A stretch of 32,000 nucleotides of DNA from Candidatus Saccharimonadota bacterium (GTDB lineage Bacteria > Patescibacteriota > Gracilibacteria > BD1-5 > UBA2023). Of this stretch, positions 1-7,747 are shown piece by piece. The translations under genes were made by a program, and so were the position numbers. How positions within the stretch are numbered: the first letter of the stretch is position 1; every line of letters starts with the position of its first letter. The DNA is taken from assembly GCA_963706795.1 (NCBI GenBank), contig OY970170.1, positions 150,001 to 182,000 of the forward strand, read 5' to 3'. Under the pieces are notes generated by a model. It was not told where the DNA came from and made no database searches. It saw nothing but the letters and a program-made list of their open reading frames with translations.

Positions 1-1626
1 AGAGACAAGATTACTCGTGTCATACCCATTTTTAGTCCAAGTTGTAGCCTGTGTATAGCAGCCTTGCAGTATACCGCCGTGAGTATTTCTAAAGAGGTCT
101 TCTTGTATAATCATTTGATTATCCTGCAAATGACCGAGTGCGGCTGCGATTTGATCGAGACGATTCTTAATATCTGTTACATCACCCTGGATTTGGTCCA
201 ATCTATCTAATACAATATCGAGTTTTTTATCTACACGATCAAAGCGCTCATGCATCTCTTTTTTAAGTTCGGAGATTTGTTTAGAGAGCTTTTCAAGCGC
301 AGCCATTATTTGCTTATGCCTCTCTCCAGCAGGATCAGGTTTTTTAGCAAAGAGTCCTACGAGATTTACAGCCGCGCTCACCATGTTCCCTGTTGCAATT
401 GAGCCAGCCATATCGCCTAATTTAAGCAGACTAATCGTCTCCATGACATTGACGAGATTGTCTGCGATGACCACTGCAGTTCAGATATCTCTTGCAGTCT
501 CCGAATTCCCAAAAAGCTGTCCAAGACCCCGTGCTATATTCAAATAGTTACGAGTCTCTTGGTAAACTTCTTTAATCTGCTGCTTTTGAAGCATGAATGC
601 CGCAGCAATAGCAGCTTCTTTTGCTTTAATGAGCACTTCTTGTTCAGCCTTTGCCTGTACATTTGTGAGCGTTTTGAGACCTTCGCGCATCACTTTTGCC
701 TGAGCAACTAAATCAGCAAGCGTTTGAGCTTGGTTTTTGAGCGCATCTGTATTTTTACCAATCTTTTCCTGCATTTTCTTATTTACTTCATACAGACCAT
801 CAGCCTTGTTGAGCAATAAGACAGTTGCTGGGTCCATGAAGCTCTTGTAATCAACCTTGGTGATATCTTTATCAATGAGCTGCTTTGTGAGAGCGCCAAG
901 TAATTTTTGCTGATCTTTAGAAAGTCTCTCAGGATGATTGATGAGCTCTTGAATAAGTGGCTTTCCGATGTTTTCTGCAAATTTCTGGAACTTAAAATTT
1001 GCCTCCTGGCGAAGCATGTCTTCATCAATTTGAGCGTCTGTTTGCAGCTCTGCGAAAGATGATCAAACCGGAGAGAATGTTGTACTATTAGAGGCAAGCA
1101 CGATGGCCTCTTTTATAACCGACGTATATCCTATCATTTTACCAATAATCGACTCCGCGAGAGGAAATGCCTGATTCGCCAATATCGCCTTAGAGACCAT
1201 CTCTGCTGTATAACTCTGTGGGAGATGAGAGATCACTTTTGCAATATCTCTATCAGATATTTTTTGGCCATCACTTCTTGCCACCATCTTAATATTACTG
1301 TCAGTTTTGAGCAGTGCGAAAACAAACTGCTCCATCTTTCAGCTATCGAGCAGGGCTTTATTCACGTAGTCAGCAGTAAGCTGTTTTTCCATTATTTGAC
1401 GCTTCTCTATCTCGCTCGCATTCGCAATCGAAGGACTCGTCACCACTGGAGTTGCCAGTGTTGGCTGCGACTCCGCTGGCGATGCAAATGTGAGTGCTGC
1501 AGCAACTACCGCCCCCTGAATAGCGCTCGAAATAGATTTTCCTTCTCTATTTTTTGATGTGGGTACAAAAAAATCCCTCACCCCAAGGTTGTTCTGCATA
1601 ATTCCAAAGATGAAAAAATACTTCAC
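1..1626 (-). CDS. Hypothetical secreted coiled-coil protein, partial (3' end lies beyond the window edge); 3 in-frame UGA(Gly)
   Basis: Track ORFs 1339..1626, 1063..1335 and 481..1017 share one minus-strand frame. They are separated only by TGA at 1339-1341, 1063-1065 and 481-483. The frame stays open from 480 down to base 1. A signal-like segment (AVVAAALTFASPAES) is followed by long Q/K/E/L-rich helical sequence. The start is GTG 1626 or ATG 1599; neither has an obvious SD. Confidence 0.6.
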
Positions 1627-1722
1627 TCAAATCCAAAGGAGGATGGATTACATAGTTCAAAATATTCAAAAAGATGAGATATTCAAGCATGATGAAGCCA
1701 TCTTTAAAAAAATCCCCACAGA

Positions 1723-1750
1723 TTGATTTTTATCCTCAAATTCATACGAT
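1723..1750 (+). promoter_or_regulatory. Candidate sigma70-like promoter, TTGATT-N16-TACGAT
   Basis: The hexamers sit at 1723-1728 and 1745-1750, upstream of the 1831 CDS. This would give a ~74-nt leader. Confidence 0.35.
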
Positions 1751-1830
1751 GTAGGCGTTCCGAAATAGTGGCCCGCAAATATATCAGTCACCCCGACTGA
1801 TACGATCTACTACAAAAAAAGGAGGAATAC

Positions 1831-2424
1831 ATGGTGCAAATATTCGCGGCTTTTCTGTTGATTGTTGGGTATTCTCTCATGCTTCGAGGACTCATATTGG
1901 GCCAAGAAAAATCGATCAACGGATTTAGCTTTTTAATCTGGGGTTCCCTGAGTCTCTGCCTCGGCCTCCTTGCCTCTCACGAAGCAAGCGTCGATCCAGT
2001 GATTCAGCGCTTCACTATAATTATGAGTCTCTTCCAGTACCTGATCGGTATCGTTAGTCTCTGGAAGCGACAATACAAAAAAATAAATACCTACGAAATA
2101 CTTGCCGTTGTCATTGCGGCTGGTACTATGACTCTCTGGTATATTTTGAGAGAGCAGGTCAGCTTCATATCTATGGGATGCATCATCGTGGCCGACATCT
2201 GCGCGATCATACCAAGCATTATCGAAGTCAAAAAATCCGAAAAAATCGGGAATGATTTTATCAAGAGTTTCGCACTCTTTGGTATCGTGGCGACGCTCGT
2301 AGTTCTCGGGCTCGAAACAAAAAACCTTCAAAGTCTGGCGTATCCCGTCTTTGAGGTGGTCGTCAACTTTGGCATTATGCTTTTTGCTCTATACCGAAGA
2401 TCTCACATCTTGAGACTTGCCTAG
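1831..2424 (+). CDS. Multi-pass membrane protein, possibly a 3+3 TM transporter-like fold; family not identified
   Basis: The ATG lies 5 nt after AAGGAGG. The 197-aa product has about six hydrophobic segments. Both halves end in a basic aromatic motif (SLWKRQYKK and ALYRRSH). TAG stop. Confidence 0.7.
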   Translation: MVQIFAAFLLIVGYSLMLRGLILGQEKSINGFSFLIWGSLSLCLGLLASHEASVDPVIQRFTIIMSLFQYLIGIVSLWKRQYKKINTYEILAVVIAAGTMTLWYILREQVSFISMGCIIVADICAIIPSIIEVKKSEKIGNDFIKSFALFGIVATLVVLGLETKNLQSLAYPVFEVVVNFGIMLFALYRRSHILRLA

Positions 2425-2450
2425 CAAAGTTTCATGAGTGACTCCTTATT

Positions 2451-2480
2451 ATCCCTGCACATTGTGTGGGGATTTTTTTA
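2451..2480 (+). terminator. Rho-independent terminator
   Basis: The ATCCCTGCAC/GTGTGGGGAT hairpin (two G-U pairs) is followed by T7. Confidence 0.55.
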
Positions 2481-2508
2481 AGTGAAGTACTCCCTGATAT
2501 GCCTTCTC

Positions 2509-2536
2509 TTGACAACCTTCATATTCAGCATAATGT
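2509..2536 (+). promoter_or_regulatory. Candidate promoter, TTGACA-N16-TAATGT
   Basis: A consensus -35 sits at 2509-2514 and a -10-like hexamer at 2531-2536, upstream of the AGGAGG-ATG at 2568. Confidence 0.45.
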
Positions 2537-2567
2537 CTAACTCCAACACAAACAAATAGGAGGAACT

Positions 2568-3128
2568 ATGATCTCATTACATCTCGAGGAGATTGTGAGC
2601 TTTCCTCATGATATCTTCATAAAAATAAAAGTATATCTACATAGGCGTGCCTTTTTAGAATCCCTCGAAGCCGCATCTAAAAGCGATGATTTCGGCAACC
2701 TGGTACGTCAAGTTCGTGAAGCGAGAAGCAATCCAGACCTGATAGCCGTGAGAAATCATGCCGAATTACTCCTCAAAAATGCAGTCAAAAAAGAAGTAGA
2801 AACCTATGCTGCACTCAAACATGCAGGCAGGAAACAAATCCAACAAATCGTCTATTATGCAGTCAAAGAATGTCAGATAGACTGCACTATGGAAGAGCTG
2901 TTTCTCCTCTTGCTCAAAGCAGAGATGCAGGATACTCCAAATAAGGATTTCCTCAAAAGGCTGATGCTCCTTGCAAAAGAGCACAAGCTCCCAATCGCTC
3001 TCAAATTTGAGCAGATCATAGATCATATCTACGCTCAGGAAGCACTGCAGAGATCAATATCAACGCATTGATTCATAAACTACAATACCGGCTCACGAGC
3101 CGGTATTTTTTTGATGATATCTAGATAG
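2568..3128 (+). CDS. Hypothetical helical protein; 1 in-frame UGA near the 3' end
   Basis: The ATG lies 4 nt after AGGAGG. The code-11 ORF stops at TGA 3069-3071. Under code 25 the frame continues 19 codons to TAG 3126-3128, reading through the terminator hairpin. Confidence 0.6.
3085..3112 (+). terminator. Rho-independent terminator, embedded in the code-25 tail of the 2568 CDS
   Basis: ATACCGGCT-CACG-AGCCGGTAT is a perfect 9-bp stem followed by T7. Confidence 0.75.
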
Positions 3129-3142
3129 GCAATCGACAAATC

Positions 3143-3679
3143 ATGCATTGCTTTTTATCATTTTCACCTACTATAGAGCCATCTTCACCCATTTTTACTA
3201 TGAAAGCTATCAGTGATTTTATTGATTCTATTGAACAGGCACTTCTCGGATCATGCAAAAATATGCCCGCATTCTCTCAGGGGGTTCAGGACTTTTTTGT
3301 AAAGATCATGCCTATTGTCGCCATTCTTACGGCAATCTCATACGGAATTACGGTCATTTCGATGGTTTCATTTTATATGCGCCTTAATGACACATATCAG
3401 TATTGGGGGTTATCAGCAGTTGGATATTTTAGTCCTATGGACTGGATCGGTACCGCGCTCGAATGTCTCGCGGTATACGCGGCAGTGATGGCATTTTCAG
3501 GACTTTCAAAGAATCTTTATGAAGGATGGAGATGGTTCTTTGTAGCCCAGATTACACTCGCGCTTTCGATGGTATTCCATGGACATCTTGCCGGACTTAT
3601 CGGTATTGCAATTGGTCTCTACATACTTTTTCAGATCCGCCCAAGATACACTGGAGAGCCAAAGTTAACAAATAAGTAA
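3143..3679 (+). CDS. Hypothetical membrane protein (3-4 TM)
   Basis: Open frame ending in TAA, with hydrophobic segments IMPIVAILTAISYGITVISMV, LECLAVYAAVMAF and GLIGIAIGLYILF. The start is uncertain (ATG 3143 or ATG 3200, MKAISDF). Confidence 0.55.
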   Translation: MHCFLSFSPTIEPSSPIFTMKAISDFIDSIEQALLGSCKNMPAFSQGVQDFFVKIMPIVAILTAISYGITVISMVSFYMRLNDTYQYWGLSAVGYFSPMDWIGTALECLAVYAAVMAFSGLSKNLYEGWRWFFVAQITLALSMVFHGHLAGLIGIAIGLYILFQIRPRYTGEPKLTNK

Positions 3680-3754
3680 GAAAGAGATAAAAACTCTTTA
3701 CAATAAAAGAAAACACTGCCACAATATCCGTGATTTACTTTTTCTAATCGCCCC

Positions 3755-5371
3755 ATGAAAAAAATCGTCACCTCTTTTGTGGTTGGGTGTGTGCTCATGA
3801 TGAGCCTCTCAATCCAAGCAGACGCAGCAAGCGTCTATCTCTCGCCCAAATACGAAACTATTGCTAACGCCTTTGTTAAAAAGGTGGTCGACGCAAAGTC
3901 TCAATACTCAGATGATGGAGACTATTACAATTTTGTCGTAGCCCTCGAAACTCAGCTCAAGGCATATCGAGCAAAGAATTACAGCAAGATCTCTGCACGT
4001 AATCTCTCAACTCGTATACTTGGTGATCTCGACAATATTCTTGCGCAGTACGATGCTGGCGGAGATGATATTAGTACGATTCTCTCAGGTATCACTGGTA
4101 CAAGCGGACTTGGAACTGGCTCAAGTGTAGCCATTGCTCCACCTCCAAGTTCTGGTACATCTGGTTCATCGACCACAGTTACACCACCTCCTGCTTCAGG
4201 AGTAAGTCCTGGACCTCAGAACAACAATGTCCCTGGTCCTGACAATGCAAGCGGAACCAAGTGGAGTGTATCAAGTACAGGAAACGGTGTTTGTACAAGT
4301 GCCGGTGGTGGTCAATATGCAACTGACAAACTCGCTACCAACAAATGTACTATTGGAGCTACAGTTTCTACTCGTACAAACTGTAGTGCAGGTGACGTAA
4401 CAAGCGGTGCCTCATATAGCTATACAAACTATGTATGTGCTGTAGACACAACTCCTGCACCAGGACCAGTAAAACAACAGCCAGCTGCAAATGCTACATT
4501 TAGCTGTAGCGCTAATCTTCCTGCAAATGCTGCATGGAGCTACTACGACTTTACCTATCTTGGAGACTCACTCCGTGATACATATGAAACTCTTCGTGGT
4601 AACAAGAAATTTGTCCTCGCAAACGGTGCTGTAACCTATGGAACAGCATTTGCCGGAGGTATCTACGGTGGTGATCTTGCACCATTTAGTTATGACGCAC
4701 TCACGGGCGGAGCTATTCCTACGTACACAACTGCTGCATCACGAACGGTGTATTATATTCCACAAGGTGGAGCAAACGCAACTACGAGATACGGCACACT
4801 CACAAACAACAAGGTAAAGGATCCATCAACTGGACGTGCGCCTTCTGATTATAACTATGCAAATCTTGCATGTGAATATACTTGTCAGAATGGTTATGCT
4901 TGGAATGGAAATGCATGTACATCTGCACTTGCTGTCAATCGTGCAGATACAACATATCCTGGTTGTGATAAGAAGGACGTCCAGATGGGAACAACAACTT
5001 GGGCACTCTGTGATGCAAATGGAACAGCTTCATCAACTATCTCAAAGGCCTCTGATAATATAGCTTATGCTGACCTTGGTTCACGAGATAAGTTTGATTC
5101 GGCTTCGATTTGTGCAGATGGATACCATCTCCCAACAAAAGCTGATGTACAGGCTTCGTATGCTGCATCAGGAAAGGATGGAGAATTCTTCACTCGATCA
5201 CTTCGCATGAATCTCCTCACAGACGGACGTGGGGCATACGGATATATTACTGCAGGCGGGGCTCCGTACTACACACAGTACGAAGAGACGATCTATGGGA
5301 AACGATACACTTTCAAAATCGATGACAATACTGGTACTGCCGGTCAGAAATACCGATGCGTAAAGAACTAA
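3755..5371 (+). CDS. Secreted Cys-rich protein with a G/S/T/P linker and a possible FISUMP-like C-terminal domain
   Basis: A signal peptide (MKKIVTSFVVGCVLMMSLSIQADA) is followed by a low-complexity PPPSSGTSGSSTT linker. The C-terminus resembles the Fibrobacter succinogenes major paralogous domain pattern (CADGYHLPTKADV ... YRCVKN). The protein also carries the cysteine motif CEYTCQNGYAWNGNAC. No UGA; TAA stop. Confidence 0.65.
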   Translation: MKKIVTSFVVGCVLMMSLSIQADAASVYLSPKYETIANAFVKKVVDAKSQYSDDGDYYNFVVALETQLKAYRAKNYSKISARNLSTRILGDLDNILAQYDAGGDDISTILSGITGTSGLGTGSSVAIAPPPSSGTSGSSTTVTPPPASGVSPGPQNNNVPGPDNASGTKWSVSSTGNGVCTSAGGGQYATDKLATNKCTIGATVSTRTNCSAGDVTSGASYSYTNYVCAVDTTPAPGPVKQQPAANATFSCSANLPANAAWSYYDFTYLGDSLRDTYETLRGNKKFVLANGAVTYGTAFAGGIYGGDLAPFSYDALTGGAIPTYTTAASRTVYYIPQGGANATTRYGTLTNNKVKDPSTGRAPSDYNYANLACEYTCQNGYAWNGNACTSALAVNRADTTYPGCDKKDVQMGTTTWALCDANGTASSTISKASDNIAYADLGSRDKFDSASICADGYHLPTKADVQASYAASGKDGEFFTRSLRMNLLTDGRGAYGYITAGGAPYYTQYEETIYGKRYTFKIDDNTGTAGQKYRCVKN

Positions 5372-5380
5372 GTCTATAAT

Positions 5381-5425
5381 AAAAATCCCTCCTTCGCTCG
5401 TAAGAGCTTCGGAGGGATTTTTATT
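5381..5425. terminator. Bidirectional terminator between convergent genes
   Basis: The AAATCCCTCC ... GGAGGGATTT 10-bp outer stem has an inner GCTC/GAGC helix. It is flanked by an A-run on the left and a T-run on the right. Confidence 0.75.
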
Positions 5426-5435
5426 AGGTCTATTT

Positions 5436-5867
5436 TTAGATAGAGCTGCGGATCATCCATGCATTCTTTTCATGTTCGGCGAGCATTCCTGTGAGGAGAT
5501 CTGCACCAGCGGCATCATCTTGAGCCGTGAGGGTTTCGATTGCTTCACGAAGAACGATGATTGTCTCATCCGCAAATGAGAGAAGTGTAGTGAGAAGCAC
5601 GTCTCGTGATTCGGTACTAAAACTCGCATCTACTGCGTGAGAAACCGTCGGTGCAGGGAGATCAAAAACGCGGTATCGCTCTGCAATCTGATCAAGTGAA
5701 CTCCAGAGGTAGTTATATTGCCCCTCAAGCATGATATGCAGCTCATGGAAGTCTTTAGCGACAACATTCCAATGGCAGCTGTGGGTCTTGAAGTAAAGAT
5801 CATATACTGAACCAAATACGGTATCGAGGGTATGTTTAATTTTTTGAGTATCGAGTGTGTTTTTCAT
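5436..5867 (-). CDS. dps: Dps-family DNA-binding ferritin-like protein
   Basis: The 143-aa product has the Dps ferroxidase-region pattern (YFKTHSCHWNVVAKDFHELHIMLEGQY) and a four-helix-bundle-sized length. TAA stop. Confidence 0.85.
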   Translation of the reverse strand: MKNTLDTQKIKHTLDTVFGSVYDLYFKTHSCHWNVVAKDFHELHIMLEGQYNYLWSSLDQIAERYRVFDLPAPTVSHAVDASFSTESRDVLLTTLLSFADETIIVLREAIETLTAQDDAAGADLLTGMLAEHEKNAWMIRSSI

Positions 5868-5896
5868 ATAAAAATGAGTTAAGAAAACAACCCGTT

Positions 5897-5923
5897 ATTG
5901 TAACGTATTTTTTAAAAATACAA
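5897..5923 (-). promoter_or_regulatory. Candidate dps promoter, TTGTAT-N15-TACAAT on the minus strand
   Basis: On the plus strand the hexamers read ATTGTA (5897-5902) and ATACAA (5918-5923). The spacer contains the palindrome listed next. Confidence 0.35.
5905..5921. promoter_or_regulatory. 17-bp palindrome GTATTTTT-T-AAAAATAC, a candidate operator
   Basis: The two 8-bp arms are perfect and lie inside the putative dps promoter spacer, about 40-55 nt upstream of the dps ATG. Confidence 0.4.
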
Positions 5924-5969
5924 CCTTGCAAATAATGTACAGCAAGAGATCGAAACAAAACGGGCAATC

Positions 5970-5997
5970 TTGCATATTCCTCTATGCATAGTATACT
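5970..5997 (+). promoter_or_regulatory. Candidate promoter, TTGCAT-N16-TATACT
   Basis: The hexamers sit at 5970-5975 and 5992-5997, 22 nt upstream of the ATG at 6019. Confidence 0.45.
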
Positions 5998-6018
5998 TCT
6001 CACAACTAAAAATCCCCT

Positions 6019-6354
6019 ATGGCCATCGAACACAAAGAAGCGATTTCTCAGATCGAAAATCCTGCCGAAAAAGCCCGCGAGCAACTCGGCGCACTTCTTA
6101 AGATGATTGAGGGTTCTACAACCTTTGGAGAATACCACACCGCCAAAATCCACGATATCTATGGCAAATTTGAGAGCCTCAGCCCTTCCGAAAAAACAAA
6201 TATCGGATCAAAAGTAGCCGAATGAAGTCTTGGCGCTGTATCAACCGATACTGCGAGCCGAGCAAAAACTCAGCGAGAAATCGCACTGAGCGCTCAGGGA
6301 GACTATGACAAACGCAGCGCACTTCGTGGTCTGGACGAGCTCGCTTTTGCATAA
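6019..6354 (+). CDS. Small hypothetical protein (111 aa); 1 in-frame UGA
   Basis: The track ORF ends at TGA 6223-6225. The same frame continues to TAA 6352-6354, which overlaps the next ATG (TAATG). Confidence 0.55.
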
Positions 6355-6788
6355 TGGCTAACTATCAGTTCGAAATCCTCCTCAAAAATTCGGGCCTTTC
6401 GGCCGAATCAATGCACAATTTGTGGGTGATTTTTCCTGCGCTTTCAGACGAACGCAAGATCGAACTCATGGATAACTGGCCAGCACATCTCGATACATTC
6501 TTAAAAATTGAAAAGAAGGGTGTAGAAGAGCGCAAAAAGAATATCGAATCAGCACTCTCAAAAATTGAGTCCATTATCAATGATGCACTCGAACGAGATC
6601 GACAAAAAGCGCTTCAAGCAGACAAAAAACAACAGGAAACAGCTGAATGGAGCAAGGGTGCTGCTGCATTTGATAATCAATTACAGACACAAGAACAGCA
6701 AAAAAAGTTTGAAATGTTGCGCAATATCTGACGTACTATGTCCGACGACGCACCTTCTCCTCTCTTTGATCCGTTATGAAATCTGTAA
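6354..6788 (+). CDS. Small hypothetical charged helical protein (144 aa); 2 in-frame UGA
   Basis: The ATG at 6354 is coupled to the upstream stop. TGA codons occur at 6729-6731 and 6777-6779, and the frame ends at TAA 6786-6788. It overlaps the next CDS by 13 nt. Confidence 0.5.
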
Positions 6789-7018
6789 CTCCCAATAATT
6801 TTGCGCGCTTCCGGATTTTATATCCAAAACACGCTACAGAAATCTACGAGCTCGAAAAGACAATCGAGATGATTGAGGATGACGAACTCCGCTTTAAAAT
6901 CGGAGCGCGGATCAATATAGAGCTCGGTGTAGTCATCCTCAAAAACGAAGAAGTCGGCGAAGCACTCAAAAACCTCTTTCAAAAAGAGTTAAAAAGCCAA
7001 AATTCAGTTTGACTATAA
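6776..7018 (+). CDS. Small hypothetical protein (80 aa); 1 in-frame UGA
   Basis: ATG at 6776. TGA at 7010-7012 is followed by CTA and then TAA at 7016-7018. Confidence 0.5.
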
Positions 7019-7082
7019 TGAGTGTTTTTATATCATAAGCCCATCTTTTTGAGCACCCGCTCTTTTTTTTAGCTTTCTCAAC

Positions 7083-7436
7083 ATGACGAACGCAGCACTT
7101 ATCGCCGAAATTCAGAAGCCGTTTCTCAAGGCAGAAGTACCACAGGTCCGTACAGGAATGGAGGTAGAGGTTCACCAGACTATTAAGGACGGTGAAAAGA
7201 CTCGTATCCAGAAATTCCGAGGTCTCGTGATCCACACCCGTGGTAAGAGTGCACTCGAAAAGAACATCGTCGTTCGCAAGGACGTTGATGGTATCGGAGT
7301 AGAGAAGATTTTCGCGATTCACTCGCCGACGATCGTTAAGATCGACGTTCTTCGTTCCTTCAAGGTTCGTCGCAAGAACATCGCCTTTATTCGAGCCCTC
7401 AAGGGGAAGGCAGCACGCCTTCGAGAAGTTCGATAG
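7083..7436 (+). CDS. rplS: 50S ribosomal protein L19
   Basis: The 117-aa product matches the L19 pattern (VRTGMEVEVHQTIKDGEKTRIQKFRGLVI ... GIGVEKIFAIHSPTIVKIDV ... VRRKN). No UGA; TAG stop. Confidence 0.93.
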   Translation: MTNAALIAEIQKPFLKAEVPQVRTGMEVEVHQTIKDGEKTRIQKFRGLVIHTRGKSALEKNIVVRKDVDGIGVEKIFAIHSPTIVKIDVLRSFKVRRKNIAFIRALKGKAARLREVR

Positions 7437-7499
7437 CTTTTCACGTTTCAGTCGGGTTGTACAGATATCGCTTTGTCATATACTCGAAGAAACCTATCC

Positions 7500-7694
7500 A
7501 TGAGCACGAGAAAAAAATTTCAAGCCGCTGTGAACTTTTACCTCACAGACGCACAAAAGAAAAAAATCGAGTTTATTCTCGAAGCGAAGGGCCAAAGCCT
7601 GACCGATTTTCTGAGGTCGCACATTCAGACGACCATTGAGAAACATGAGGACAAGAATGGACCCATCAACGTCTATCAAACGTACATAGTTTAA
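7500..7694 (+). CDS. Small ribbon-helix-helix (CopG/Arc-like) protein
   Basis: MSTRKKFQAAVNFYLTDAQKKKIEFILEAKGQSLTDFLRSHI fits a beta-strand, helix, helix RHH layout. I prefer ATG 7500 over the TTG 7473 used by the track. Confidence 0.5.
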   Translation: MSTRKKFQAAVNFYLTDAQKKKIEFILEAKGQSLTDFLRSHIQTTIEKHEDKNGPINVYQTYIV

Positions 7695-7747
7695 TTATTC
7701 GACATCTTCGCTCGAGCGATACGAGGGAGGTGTAACCCCTTTGTATA

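Noticed and set aside
1643-1771. A 42-codon small ORF starting at the ATG directly after AAGGAGG in the 1627-1830 spacer.
   Set aside because: The SD abuts the ATG with no spacing, the ORF needs a UGA read-through, and it has no recognisable features. It is probably fortuitous.
1782-1830. An 8-bp hairpin (TATCAGTC-ACCCC-GACTGATA), then an A7 tract and the SD, upstream of a putative transporter. It resembles preQ1-I or pnuC-type mini-riboswitches.
   Set aside because: The loop is only 5 nt, too small to form the pseudoknot with the A-rich tail that preQ1-I needs. The conserved nucleotides do not line up by eye. It is worth a cmscan but cannot be supported here.
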